A stretch of 64,000 bases of DNA from the human T2T-CHM13v2.0 reference genome, Homo sapiens, in assembly GCF_009914755.1 (NCBI RefSeq), contig NC_060940.1. One strand, written 5' to 3'. Positions 1 through 20,620 of this stretch are shown here, piece after piece (position 1 is the first letter of the stretch; the number at the start of each line of letters is the position of its first letter). The notes beneath the pieces are model-generated. The model was not told the DNA's origin. It was given only the letters and a program-made list of their open reading frames with translations, and made no database searches. The position numbers were made by a program, and so were the translations under genes.

Positions 1-1159
1 GTAGAGACAGGGGTTCACCATGTTGCCCAGGATGATCTCACACTCCGGTGCTCAAGCAATCTGCCCACCTTGGCCTCCCAAAGTGCTGGGATTACAGGTG
101 TGAGCCACCACGCCAGCCTAAAATATCTTTTTAGTCTTTTCCTCATAATTTTCTAACAAAATTTTTACAACTTAAATAATTTTTTTACCATCTTTCCATT
201 AAAAATTGTGTACATGTGTATACGCGCATGCATGCAAGAATCCTAGTCATTTTTATAGCTGGCCAAAGTTATAATCTCTAATCCTGATAAAATAAAATCT
301 ATTTAAAAGGTTTTTGCTCAACATTTTATTCTGATTTCAACTAACTAATTTCATTGGGTTTTCTCATTGTGGTAAAATATACACAACATAAAATTTACTA
401 TTTTAATCATCTGTAGGTGTACATCTCCATGGCATTAAGTACATTCACACTGCTGTGAACCATCACCACCGTCCATCTCTACAACTTTATCTTCCCACAC
501 TGAAATTCTGACCCCATTAAACACTAACTCCCCCTTTCGCCCAGGCTGGAGTGCAGTGGTGTGATCTTGGCTCACTGCAACCTCTGCCTCCTGGGTTCAA
601 GGGATTCTTCTGCCTCAGCCTCCTGAGTAGCTGAGATTACAGGCACGCGCCACCATGCCTGGCTAATTTTTGTATTTTTAGTAGAGATGTGTTTTCACCA
701 TGTTGGCCAGGCTGGTCTCGAACTCCTGACCTCAAATGATCAGCTGTCTCAGCCTCCCAAAGTGCTGGGATTGCAGGCGTGAGCCACTGCACCCAGCCTA
801 TTTTCTGTATCTATGAGTTTGACTACTCTAGGAAATTCATATGTGTAGAACCATACAGTATTTATCCTCTTTTGTTGGGCTTATTTCACTTAGCATAATG
901 TCTTCACGGTTCATCCATATTGTAACAAGTGTCAGAATTTCCTTCTTTCTTAAGACCATATACTATCCATTCATCTGTTGATGACCATTGGGGTAATTTT
1001 CACCTTTTGGCTATTGGGAATAATGCTGCCATGAACTTGAGTGTACAAGCATCTATTTGAGTTCCTGCTTTCACTTCTTCTTGATATATACTGAGAAGTG
1101 AAATTGCTGGATCCATGGTATTTCTTTAATTTTTGAGCAATTGTACCACTTTCCACAGC

Positions 1160-1190
<31 letters not shown>

Positions 1191-1469
1191 GAGATGGAGT
1201 CTCGCTCTGTCGCCCAGGCTGGAGTGCAGTGGCACAATCTTGGCTCACTGCAACCTCCAACCCCCAGTTCAAGCGATTCTCCTGCCTCAGCCTCCCAAGT
1301 AGCTAGGACTACAGGTGCCCACCACCACGCCTGGCTAATTTTTTGTATTTTTAGTAGAGACGGGGTTTCACCGTGTTGGCCAGGATGGTCTCAATCTCCT
1401 GACCTCATGATTCACCCGCCTTGGCCTCCCAAAGTGCTGGGATTACAGGCGTGAGCCACCGCGCCCGGC
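1..1469 (-). mobile_element. Three antisense Alu copies (about 1-117, 536-798, 1163-1469) inserted into an old L1
   Basis: Canonical antisense Alu motifs (cctcccaaagtgctgggattacagg). The 1163-1469 copy has a T-tail and TSD cacagcaac at about 1154 and 1471. Confidence 0.95.
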
Positions 1470-1690
1470 CCACAGCAACCATTTTACAGTCCCACCAGCA
1501 AGGCACAAGGGTGGAAGTTTTCTAGTTTGTCTGCATCTTCACCAACACTTGTTTCCTGTGCCGTTTTGTTTTGTTGGTAATCGCCATCCTAATGGGTATG
1601 AAGTGGTATTCTGAGGTTTGGATTTGCAGTCTCCTAGTGTCAAGGGATGTTGAGCATCTTTTCATGTGCTTCGTTAGTTCTTTCTTGAAT
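365..1690 (-). mobile_element. L1M (L1MB-like) 3' end/ORF2 end, fragmented by Alus
   Basis: L1 3' motifs (ttgtggtaaaatatacacaacataaaattt, gcttatttcacttagcataatgtc, gttgagcatcttttcatgtgc). The minus ORF reads KHMKRCSTSL...EYHFIPIRMA, like the L1 ORF2 C-terminus. Confidence 0.85.
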
Positions 1691-2054
1691 GTGGAGAAAA
1701 ACTTATCAAACTCACTATGTATTTGCTGAAAATGTCTCAATAGTTTCCACCTTATTCTCATAAAATTTTTTTTCACAACCAACATGCAGCTTTTTTGTTT
1801 CACTCTACCACAGCAAGTTGCAACTGTCATCCATCATGAAATCGGTGGCACATCTTCCTACAGTTTCTTAAGCGTTTCCCTTTTTAAAATTGACAAGCAG
1901 GCCGGGTGCGGTGGCTCACGGCTGTAATCTCAACACTTTGGGGGACTGAGGCGGGAGGATCGCTTGAGCCCAGGAGTTTGAAATCAGCCTGGGCAACATA
2001 GTGAGACCCTGTCTCTACTGAAAAAAAAAATTAGCCTACTCTGCCTCAAAATAA

Positions 2055-2700
<646 letters not shown>

Positions 2701-2714
2701 TCCAGTCTCTCTCT

Positions 2715-2745
<31 letters not shown>

Positions 2746-3250
2746 GGAGATGGAACCTAGCTCTGTCACCCAGGCATGACAGTGGCACAATTTTGGTTCA
2801 CTGCAAACTTCACCTCCTGGGTTCAAGTGATTCTCCCACCTCAGTCTCCTGAGTAGCTGGTATTACAGGCATGCGCAACCAAGCCCAGCTAATTTTTGTA
2901 TTTTTAGTAGAGATGGAGTTTCACCATGTTGGCCAGGCTGGTCTCGAACTCCTGACCTCAAATGATCTGCCTGCCTTGGCCTTCCAAAGTGCTGGGATTA
3001 CAGGTGTGAGCCACCACACCCAGCCTCCAGTCTCTTAATTTACTATTCTTGTCATAGCACTAACATTTGCATCTCCATTTAATTCTACATCAGTTGCCTG
3101 CCTTTATTTTAAATTGGAAATTTTGTTCATGTATAGAAAAATAATTGAATTATAATTAAAATATTATGTATTTTTCTTTAGTGAACAATGTGATGCAAAG
3201 GTAACATGCAATTCATACTGTCTGGATAAAACATTCAGGTAAACACATTA

Positions 3251-3640
<390 letters not shown>

Positions 3641-3829
3641 TCACATGTGATCTGAGAAAACACGCACACGCCTGCCATGTGCACTGGCAATATAAGAATA
3701 TTTTATGTGATGCACTTAGGAGAGAGAAATATAATCCTACCAAAGCAAAATTAAACTTAATAGAAAAATATTTTATACTGGTTCAGTTTTAAAATTTTAA
3801 AAATTAAGGAAACCTAAAAAGTTGGGCTC

Positions 3830-3912
3830 CCCATTCACATTAGCTACATTGCTAGTGCTCATTTGCCACACGTGGCCAGTGGCCAGTGGCTACTGGATTG
3901 AACAGTGTAGCT
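3830..3912. mobile_element. MER3/MER33-like hAT-Charlie terminal fragment
   Basis: tagctacattgctagtgctcatttgccacacgtggccagtggccagtggctactggattgaacagtgtag resembles the MER3 end. Confidence 0.7.
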
Positions 3913-4329
3913 CCGTGTAGATCTATCAAACAACGATAAATTGTCTACGCAATTCCACTGCTCAGTATCTTCTCTAAAGAAACTCTGTCCAGGTGCACAG
4001 AAGGTATGTAGGAAGATGTTTCCCGCAACATTGTTTATAACAGTCACTAAGGAGAACAACCCACATATCCACCAACTGGGTATGGCAAAAAAAAAAAAAA
4101 AAAATTGTGGTGTATCTATTCTAAGGAATCGTATGCCACAATTTAAAATAGACACATTCGCCAGGCGCCGTGCCTCACGCCTGTAATCCCAGCACTTTGG
4201 GAGGCTGAGTCAGGCAGATCACCTGAGGTTGGGAGTTCGAGACCAGCCTGACCAACATGGAGAAACCCTGTCTCTACTAAAAATACAAAATCAGCCACAC
4301 ATGGTGGCCTGTGCCTGTAATCCCAGCTA

Positions 4330-4539
<210 letters not shown>

Positions 4540-4934
4540 TCACTTGAGCCCAGGAGTTTGAGACCAGCCTGGGCAACATAGTGAGACACCCCCTCCCCCC
4601 GCCATCTTAACAAAAGAAAAAGAAATTTAAAAATAAAAAATAAAATAAAATAAAAATAGGCACATGGTTAGATTGCTAAGACATATTACTAGGTGGGGAG
4701 GAAAAAAGAAAGTTGTACAATGTGATGTCATTTTAAAAATTGATGATAGATGCCAGGTCTGATGGCTCCCAAGGGAGGATCGCTTGAGGTCAGGAGTTTG
4801 AGACCAGTCTGGGCAACATAGCAAGACCCCCTCTCTAAAAAAAAAAAAAAATTAATTAAAAAAACTTTTTGATGATGGATAGATAGAGACACAGAAAGAT
4901 ACCAGAGAATGGTTCTCTCTGTGCCTCTATGAAA

Positions 4935-5122
4935 GGAGAGAGGGAACTTAGATGAACTTGGATTTAATAAGAAGAATGCATGTATGTATTACTCATATAA
5001 TTAAAATTAATTTAGAATAAAAGAACTTGGAGAGAGGAAACTTAGATGAACTTGGATTTAATAAGAAGAACGCATGTATGTATTACTCATATAATTAAAA
5101 TTAATTTAGAATAAAAGAACTT
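4935..5122. repeat. Tandem duplication, 2 x 94 bp
   Basis: 4935-5028 and 5029-5122 are identical apart from 2 substitutions. Confidence 0.97.
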
Positions 5123-6049
5123 AAGAAAGGAAACTCTTGATCAAAATGAAAAGATGAACAAAAAACCAATTAAGTAGAATTCACTGCAATCCCGATTATA
5201 TGGTGGCTAGATAAGTGTTATCCCATGGCGTAATATTTAATGCAAATGTCAAAAGTAATTCTCCAAAAAGAAGATACAGAAATTATATGGTGGCCTTTCT
5301 GTAAACTGAAACTGGGAAATGCTAGTAATCAAAACTAATTTATGAGGCTTTTCTCCACCAGTGTTTTGGCTAATATCCAGGTTACCCATCCCAAGCTGCT
5401 ATTACATTAAAACCTCCAGACCTCAGCACCGATTGGCATCCAACCCACTGACTGCAACATTTTCCAGCATACCAATTGTTCTTATAGCCCTTGTTTTCAT
5501 AATCACTGTCCTTTTTCTTTGGTGTTCTTCATCTATCCCATAAATACATATGTTGATTAAGTGGTAATTATTAGGCAACTGGACCCAAACAGCATATGAA
5601 AGACGGAATAAGAGGGGGAAAGATCTAAGAGTGTTTTGGGATCCTCAACGTGCCTGTCTTTACATTAGAGAAACCCAGTTTTAAATTAATAGTGCTAGTT
5701 CTCTACCTCCCTGTAGATTAAGTTTACCCCAGGGAAAACAGGACATGGATTGATCGTTTAATCCTTATCCCAAACTCAAAATTACCCTTGCACTATCTGA
5801 CATTGATTGAGTAAATAGATTAGCCAAGAAAGACAATTCAATCAGCAGAGAGGCCTGAGAATTCTCTTGAACTTTGTTTAAAAGCACCCTGAAATTTGAG
5901 CTTCTTGGGAGCATTTGCTTCCAACCATTTTCTAAATTGAAATTGCATTCCACTTCCCTAAGACCACAGCCTTTTTCTAAGACAGGATTATGGGAACTCT
6001 GAACTATCTAAGCAGAAGTTGTGTGTCTGAGAATAAAACTGGAATGAAC

Positions 6050-10735
<4,686 letters not shown>

Positions 10736-11279
10736 ATGCCACTTTTTTTTTTAAGCCAAGTTATATGGTGAATGTTGCTTACTAGTAGATTTCCTAAAAC
10801 AGCATTTCCTACATTCCTAAAATATGCTGGGTTTTCTTTGGTACTATCTTATTTAAGATAAGATATTCATAAGTGAGTTTTGTTATATAGTTGTTCTTTG
10901 TGACATGATTTTCAGGTTTTGATGTGGCTTTGACAAAAAGTATGAACATCTTTTATTTCTCCGTGCCTGGATACAATTTATATAGAAGCAGAATTGCTTA
11001 TTTCTTGGCTATTTGGAAGACTTTATCTAAAACTCCTGTGGGTCTGGTGAATTTGGGGTGGGAAGCTGGTTAACATTTACAGTTTTGTTTCTGCTTGCTG
11101 TTTTATTTCAGAGTTCTAAAACTGTGGACAATTAGTTACATTTTTCTAGAAAATAATCTACTTCATTCAGATTTTCAAATTTCATTGCACAGTTTTGCAA
11201 GGTACAAAGCCATTTCATTTCCTCTTTGTTATGATATTTCCTCCACTCTGTTTCTTTGTGTTTGTTTGTTTGTTTTTGA

Positions 11280-11540
<261 letters not shown>

Positions 11541-12974
11541 TGAGCCACAGAGCCCCACCCACCCTGTTTCTAATGTTGTGTTTTTGAGCTTTCTTCCTCT
11601 TTTTTTCCTGATTAGTTGACTTTTCAATTATTTATTTTACTCTAACCAACTCACCCCAAAGAGTTTGCTCTTACATTAATTAATTCTATTTTTTTGTGTA
11701 TTTTCTTTTCTTTTTCTTTTTTTTTGTTTTGAGTCAGGGTCTCACTCTGTCACTCAGGCTGGAGTGCAGTGCAGATCATTGCTCACTGCAACCTCTGCCT
11801 CCCTTACTCAAGCGATCCTCCCACCTCAGCCTCCCAAGTAGCTGGGACTATAGGCGTGCGCTACCACACCCGGCTAATTTTTGTATTTTTTGTAGAGTTG
11901 GAGTTTTGCCATGTTGCCCAGGCTGGTCTTGAACTCCTGAGCTCAAGCAATCCACCCGCCTCAGTCTCCCAAAGTGCTGGGATTACAGGCACTTTGCAGT
12001 AGGACCCATTGCACCCCACCATTATTTTATTTTCTAATTCGCCCATTTATTATTTTATTCCTTCTTATTTCTTAGAATAATTTGTTGTTTTTCTAACTTC
12101 TTTGAGTGAATACTAAACTCACTTACTTTCTTTTTCCTTCTCTACTTATGCCTTTGTTTAGGGCTCTGTTCTACTTAACAATCCAGTTTTAGTCATAGGA
12201 CAGAGGTTTTGCTATGTATTAATTTCATTTTGTTATTCAAGATGTTGAGAAATTTGGGTTTAAATTTTTTCTTTGATCTGTCTGTCTCTGTGTCTCTCTC
12301 CTCGTGCCCTCAAAAAACGCTCCCTTTTACCAAGTGGTGTGTGGTAGAATTTTCCCCTTCCAATTTTGTTGGTCTTGCTCTGTTACCCAGACTGGCTGCA
12401 GTGGTACAAACATGGCTCACGGCAGCCTCTGTCCCCTGGGCTCAAGCAATCCTCCTCCTTCAGCCTCCCAAGTAGCTGGAACTACAGGTGTGCACCACTA
12501 TGCCAGGATAATGTTTGTATTATTTGTAGAGACAGGGTCTTGCTATGTTGTCCAGGCTGGTCTCAAACTCCTGGGCTCAAGCAATCCTCCTGTCTTGGCC
12601 TCCCAAAATGCTGGGATTACAGGCATGAGCTATCACACCCAGCCCTATCTTTCTTGTACTGTGACTAGAAAGTGGTCTCTACTCTTTCTCCATTTTGAAT
12701 TTTGTTAAGATTTTCTTCATGGCCTGATACATCATCTATTACCATGAAAATTCCATAGGCACATAAAAGATGTATCCTCTATTATTAGTGCATAGTATTC
12801 GACATAAACTACAAAGTCGGCCTTATTAAATATACATTGAGATCCTCTAAATTTTTATTTTTAATTTTTTTATCTACTGCAAGCTGGGAGAGGTGAGCTA
12901 TAGTCATATGTTAGTCTTGGTGTCTGTTGGAAGCTGATGCTGTAATTATTTTGATGCCATTTTATTTTATTTTA

Positions 12975-13470
12975 TTTTTTTAACTTTTTATTTCTGTAGG
13001 TTTTGGGGGGAACAGGTAGTGTTTGGTTACATGAGTAAGTTCTTTAGTGGTGATGCGTGAGATTTTGGTGCAGCCATCACCCAAGCAGTATACACTGAAC
13101 CCAGTTTGTAGACCTTTATCCCTCACCCCCTTCCTACCCTGTCCCCCTGAGTCCCCAAAGTCCCTTGTGTCATTCTTATGCCTTTGCATCCTCATAGCTT
13201 AGCTCCCACTTATGAGTGAGAACATACGATGTTTGGTTTTCCATTCCTGAGTTACTTCACTTCGACTAATAGTCTCCAATCCCATTCAGGTTGCTGCGAA
13301 TGCCATTAGTTCATTCCTTTTTATGGCTGAGTAGTATTCCATCATTCATATATATATATATCAGATTTTTAATCCACTCGTTGATTGATGGGCATTTGGG
13401 TTGATTCCACATTTTTGCAGTTGTGAATAGTGTGAATTGTGCTGCTATAAACATGCGTGTGCAAGTTTGA
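12975..13470 (-). mobile_element. L1PB-type 3' end
   Basis: tttggttacatgagtaagttctttagtggtga, atgcctttgcatcctcatagcttagctcccacttatgagtgagaacatacg. Confidence 0.9.
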
Positions 13471-13606
13471 TGCCATTTTCTGTTGTGTTCTCACATTGAA
13501 GCTTTAGCCTAACTCTTAGTGCCCTTTGTCATTATAAAATGCCCCCATTTGTCTAGGTTGCCTCCCTTAACCTTAGATTCAACATTGTCTGATATTAATA
13601 TCATGA

Positions 13607-13924
<318 letters not shown>

Positions 13925-13989
13925 TGAGCCACCACGCCCTGCCCAGCTTTCTTCTTCTTAACCTTTATCTGGTATGTCTTTAAGAAAAA

Positions 13990-14185
13990 TTTTTTTTCAA
14001 TAGCTTTAGGGGTACAGGTGGCTTTTTGTTATGTGGATGAATTATGTAGCGATGAATTCTGAGATTTTAGTGCGCCTGTCAAAGGAGGAGTGTACATTGT
14101 ACCTAATGTTCAGTTTTTTACCCTTAGCCTCCCTCCCACCCTTCCCCTTCTGAGTCTCTCAAGTCCATAATATCACTGGGTAAGG
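13990..14185 (-). mobile_element. Short L1PB/L1MA 3' terminus
   Basis: ggggtacaggtggctttttgttatgtggatgaattatgtagcgatgaattctgagattttagtgc. Confidence 0.8.
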
Positions 14186-14290
14186 TATGTCTTTGCTTAT
14201 ACTTTTAATTTCAGTTTTCCTAAGAAACTGTATGGCATATTTTTTTTGTTTTCAACCAAAGTCAGGTTTTGCCTTTTTGACCTCACCTAA

Positions 14291-14701
<411 letters not shown>

Positions 14702-14837
14702 TAATGGATCAAGTAATTAATGCCCAGTGTGGCAAGGAAACAGAGACACGATCATGTTTCTACAGTACTGGTAGAGTTTTTAACTGATACAGTCCCCAAA
14801 AGGTATAAGATATCAAAGATCTTAAAAACATATGTAC

Positions 14838-15403
14838 TCTGTAGTCCTAGTTGCTTAGGAGGCTGAGGAAGGAGGACTCCTAGAGCCCAGGAATTCAGTG
14901 GTGCGGTGAGCTATGATTGCACCACTGCACTCCAACCTGGGCAATGGAGTGAGATACTGCCTCTAAAAACCAAGCAACCAACATACAAAAATCTGTGCTC
15001 TTTAATTCATGTATAGAAATTCCACGTATAAAAATTCCATGTATAGAAATTTATCTTAAGATAATTATATGGCTGGGCACGGTGGCTCATGCCTATAGTC
15101 TCAGCACCTTGGGAGGCTGAGGCAGGAGGATTACTGGAGTCCAGAAGTTCCAGAACAGCCTAAGCAACATGGTGAGACATCGTCTCTATTTAAAAAAATA
15201 CAAAAAACTCCCCGTCTCTATAAAAAGTACAAAAAGTTAGCCAGGCGTGGTGGCGCACACCTGTGATCCCAGCTACACAGGAGGCTGAGACTGTGGAATC
15301 ACTTGAGCGTGGGAGGCTGAGGCTGCAGTGAGCCATGATCGTGCCGCTGTACTCCAGCCTGGGTGTCAGAGCAAGACCCTGCCTCAGAAAAAAACAAAAA
15401 AAA
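14838..15403 (+). mobile_element. Alu right-arm monomer (14838-14970) and AluJ (15071-15403)
   Basis: Alu motifs. The 15071 copy has a duplicated middle A-rich linker. Confidence 0.9.
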
Positions 15404-15692
15404 AAGGATAATTAGATAATTATAGAAGAGCCTAATGATTACTCTGCAAGAATCATTATGGGTGCCTTATTTGGAAGCGTAAAAATGTTGGAAATAACCC
15501 AAATATCCAGCATTAGGGGAAATGGTTGAGAAAATTACAAATCCATCCAGTGGAATCTACAGGGCCATTAGCAGTGCAAGCAGGTGGTGAAGGGACCTTC
15601 ATCTTATTTGCAGAGAGGCCATGCATAGGCATGCTAGCAGGTGTATTTTTCATTGTACTTTCACTGACCTTACAATATGTGGAAATGGTTCT

Positions 15693-16905
<1,213 letters not shown>

Positions 16906-16918
<13 letters not shown>

Positions 16919-16940
16919 GAAGAGAAGGGGAAATGAAGGT
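16906..16940 (-). other. Candidate 3' splice acceptor (exon starting at 16906)
   Basis: The minus strand reads ccttcatttccccttctcttctgttcactacag|GGTTATC. Confidence 0.5.
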
Positions 16941-16945
16941 AAGGA

Positions 16946-17614
16946 GGCTGGGAGTGGTGGCTCATACCTGTAATCCCAGCACTTTGGGAGGTGGAAGCAG
17001 AGGCGGGTGGATCACCTGAGATCAGGAGTTTGAGACCAGCCTGGCCAACACGGCGAAACCCCATCTCTACTAAAAATACAAAAATTAGCTGAGCATGGTG
17101 GCGCTCACCTGTGATCCCAGCTATTCGGGAGGCTGAGGCAGGAGAATCGTTGCACCTTGGAGACGGAGATTGCAGTGAGCTGAGATCATGCCACTGCACT
17201 CCAGTGTGGGGGACAGAGTGTGACCCAAATAATAATAAAATTCCAAATAATAAATAAATAACAATATTTATTATGTATTATTAATTTAATAAATTCATAT
17301 TATAAATTTATTAAATTTATAAATTTAATAAATATGAATATAATAAAAATAATATATTTTATTTTTAAATATAATAAATATAAATATAAATATAATAAAA
17401 ATAAATATAATAATATATAATAAATATAATATATATATTTTTAAAATATAATATATTTTTAATAATATATTTTAATTTATTTAAATATTTTAAATATATT
17501 TATTTTAAAATATAATAAATATAAATATATATTATTAATAAATATATTTATTAATAATAAATTTATTATTTATTATTTATTATTTATGTCTCCAAATAAT
17601 AAAATAAAAAATAA
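16946..17614 (+). mobile_element. AluS split near its 3' end by a 360-bp AT-rich insert
   Basis: ...gacagagtgtgaccc [17227-17586] tgtctc-A-tail. Confidence 0.9.
17227..17586. repeat. AT-rich low-complexity block containing perfect palindromes
   Basis: Almost pure A/T. Perfect palindromes at 17306-17333 (28 bp) and 17530-17559 (30 bp). Confidence 0.95.
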
Positions 17615-17670
17615 AGTAGGGAGACATCAGAAGACTCTTGTGTATAGGGTGCCTTGCAGTAATCCCCAAA

Positions 17671-17671
<1 letters not shown>

Positions 17672-17715
<44 letters not shown>
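17672..17715. repeat. (CA)n microsatellite, about 22 units
   Basis: Direct reading. Confidence 0.98.
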
Positions 17716-17718
<3 letters not shown>

Positions 17719-17809
17719 CCTATAAGAAATCCCAGAAACCTTTCTGTAAATGAAGGTCGAGTTTTGCATCAGAGAAAACGTGTTTGATTGAGGCCAGGGT
17801 GGTGGAGAA

Positions 17810-17820
17810 CGGAAGTGACG
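17810..17820 (+). promoter_or_regulatory. Overlapping ETS/half-CRE motif CGGAAGTGACG
   Basis: Motif match with both CpGs intact, in unique DNA. Confidence 0.3.
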
Positions 17821-18289
17821 ACAGACAGAAGCCAGCAGAAGTAAGGCACGAGGCTCCACAGAATCACGGGATGGTTGCAGCCAGATTCTAACATCAGAGG
17901 GGCAGGATTTGAAGTGGAGAGGCTGATCTGATGAGGAGGAAGGACAAACTAACTTATTTATTTATTTGTTTGTTTATTTATGTTAGAGACAAGGTCTCAC
18001 TCTGTTGCCTAGCCTGGAGTGCAGTGGTTCGTGCAATCATAGCTCACTGCAGCCTTGAACTCCTGGGCTCAAGCCATCCTCCCACCTCAGCCTCTCGAGT
18101 AGCTGGGACTACAAGCTCATGTTTTTAAAACTGGCTAATTTTTTTTTAATTTTTCTTATAGACACGGGATCTTGCTATGTTGCCCAGGCTGGTCTTAAAC
18201 TCCTGACCTCAAGCAGTCTTCCTGCCTTTGTCTCCTAAAGCGCTGGGATTACAGGCATGAGCCACCACATTCAGCCTGGAAAGAATTGG

Positions 18290-18410
18290 TAAATGGCCCC
18301 ATCCCAGTTGAGTCAAAGACTCAGAGAATCAGGGCAGAGCATTAGGTTTTCATTGCCTTTTAACTCATTGGGTGAATCTAATGTGTAGCCAGGGTCAAGA
18401 CCCACTGCTC
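18290..18410. mobile_element. MER5-like hAT fragment
   Basis: ggccccatcccag...ggtgaatctaatgtgtagccagggtcaagacccactg. Confidence 0.6.
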
Positions 18411-18464
18411 CAAGGTGTTTTCTTCACAGTCATAACAATAGTCTTGTTCCATATTACCTTAAAA

Positions 18465-18690
18465 TAGTTTCTCAACCTCAGCACTATTCACATTTTGGGT
18501 AGGATAATTCTTTGTTCTGAGAGGCTGTTTGGTAGATTGTAGGATGTTTCTTTGGCAGTATCCCTGGCCTTTACCCCACTATAGTCTAGTAGCACTCCCT
18601 TCCCAGTTATGACAATAAAAAATGTCTCCAGACATTGTCAATTGACCAGTCCTAGCTGGTCAAAATCTCCTCTGGTTGAGAACTACTGCC
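18465..18690 (+). mobile_element. MER20 (hAT-Charlie), near full length
   Basis: tttctcaacctcagcactatt...aaaaatgtctccagacattg...ggttgagaactactg. Confidence 0.88.
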
Positions 18691-19151
18691 TTGCAAGAAT
18701 TATTGAAGTTGTCACTTGTGGAAAATTTGCTTGCAGGGACAAATCTTTCCCTGCAACTCGTCTGTCTATGCTCTGCTAGCATATCAATCAAATCTTTGTG
18801 AGGTGTTGGTGGTGGTGCGGGGCAGCTGATTGAGGTTCCTTTTCAGTGGAAAGTTGTGAGTGGTTGTACTGAAGAAATGGTACATGCCAGCATAAATGGG
18901 AAACCTTCTGAGTGTTTGTGAGAAATGATGTTCAAGAGAATAAGTGTGCCAGGAGCGGTGGATCACGCCTGTAATCTCAGCACTTTGGGAGGCTGAGGTG
19001 GAAGGATGGCTTAAAGTCAGAAGTTTGAGACCAGCTGGGGCAGCATAGCAAGACCCCATCTCTACAAAATTTTAAAAATTAGATGGGCAGCCAGGAGCAG
19101 TGGCTCATGCCTGTAATCCCAGTACTTTGGGAGGCCAAGGCGGGTGGATCA

Positions 19152-19391
<240 letters not shown>

Positions 19392-19540
19392 TTAGATGGG
19401 CATTGTGACACATGCCTGTGGTCCCAGCTACTCAGGAGGTTGAGGTGGAAAGATCACTTGAGCCCCAGAGGTCAAGGCTGCCAATGAGCTATTGGCACTG
19501 CACTCCAGCCCAGATGACAGAGCAAGACCCTGTCTTAGAG

Positions 19541-19587
<47 letters not shown>

Positions 19588-19669
19588 TACATATGGCAGG
19601 GGCAGGGGCAGTGGTGACAGCTGGAAAAAATCTCAACTCCAACATTTACTCACTGGCTTATCTTGGTTG

Positions 19670-20482
19670 TCTAGTTAGTTTTTACTAACCGAAGGCACTC
19701 CAAAACTTAATTGCTTAAAAAAACACCACTCTTGGCTGGGCATGGTGGCTCACACCTGTAATCCCAGCATTTTGGGAGGCTGAGGCGGGTGGATCATTTG
19801 GGATCAGGAGTTCGAGAGCAGCCTGGCCGATATGACGAAACACCATCTCTACTAAAAATACAAAAATTAGCAGGGCGCAGTGGCACGTGCCTGTAGCCCC
19901 AGCTACTCAGGAGGCTGAAACAGGAGAATTGCTTGAACCCAGGAGGTGGAAGTTACAGTGAGCCAAGATCATGCCACTGCACTCCAGCCTGGGTGACAGA
20001 GCAAGACTCCATCTCAAATAAATAAGTAAAAATAAAAAGAACACCACTCTTTACTGCTTATGAGTCCATTGGTCAGTGAGGGTGGTTTTTCTGGTCTCAT
20101 CTGGACTTTTTGATGTATCTGTGATCAGCTGCTGGCTGGAGTGGTGGCTCTGCTGACCTTGGCTGGGCTCTGTCCCGTGCCTGGGCCTCAGCTAGGACAA
20201 ATGGACTCCTCTCATCCTGCAGAAGACAGGCCTGGCCCCCTGCACATGGCAACAACAGGGATCCCAAAGTATTCCCAGGAAACTGACAAGGCCTCTTGAG
20301 GCCCAGACTCAGAACTGACCCATCATGCCATCTGCTGCACTATTGTGGTCCAAGTAGATCATAAGGCCAGTAGGCAGGAAAACGGATTTCTCTCTTAATA
20401 AGAGGAGCTGCAAAGTCACTTAGTAAAGTGACCACAATGTGACAGACAGGGAGGGGAGGAGAACTGTGGTCAATCTACCACA
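19670..20482. mobile_element. MLT1 (MaLR) LTR split by an Alu
   Basis: ccaaaacttaattgcttaaaa, ctctgctgaccttggctgggctc, gaggagctgcaaagtcac, caatctaccaca. Confidence 0.75.
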
Positions 20483-20489
20483 TCTGGGA

Positions 20490-20620
20490 AAAGTACTGAA
20501 CCTCATTAAGCCTCAGTTTTCTCATCTGTAGAATAGAAATAGTATTACCTACCCCCCAGTTGTTATGAAGATTCAATGACTAGCGCATAGTTAGTGCACT
20601 ACTAATGATAGCTATTATTG
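20490..20620 (+). mobile_element. MIR
   Basis: gcctcagttttctcatctgtagaatag core. Confidence 0.8.

Noticed and set aside
4935-5122. CRISPR-like repeat array
   Set aside because: Only two abutting copies, no spacers, and a eukaryotic context.
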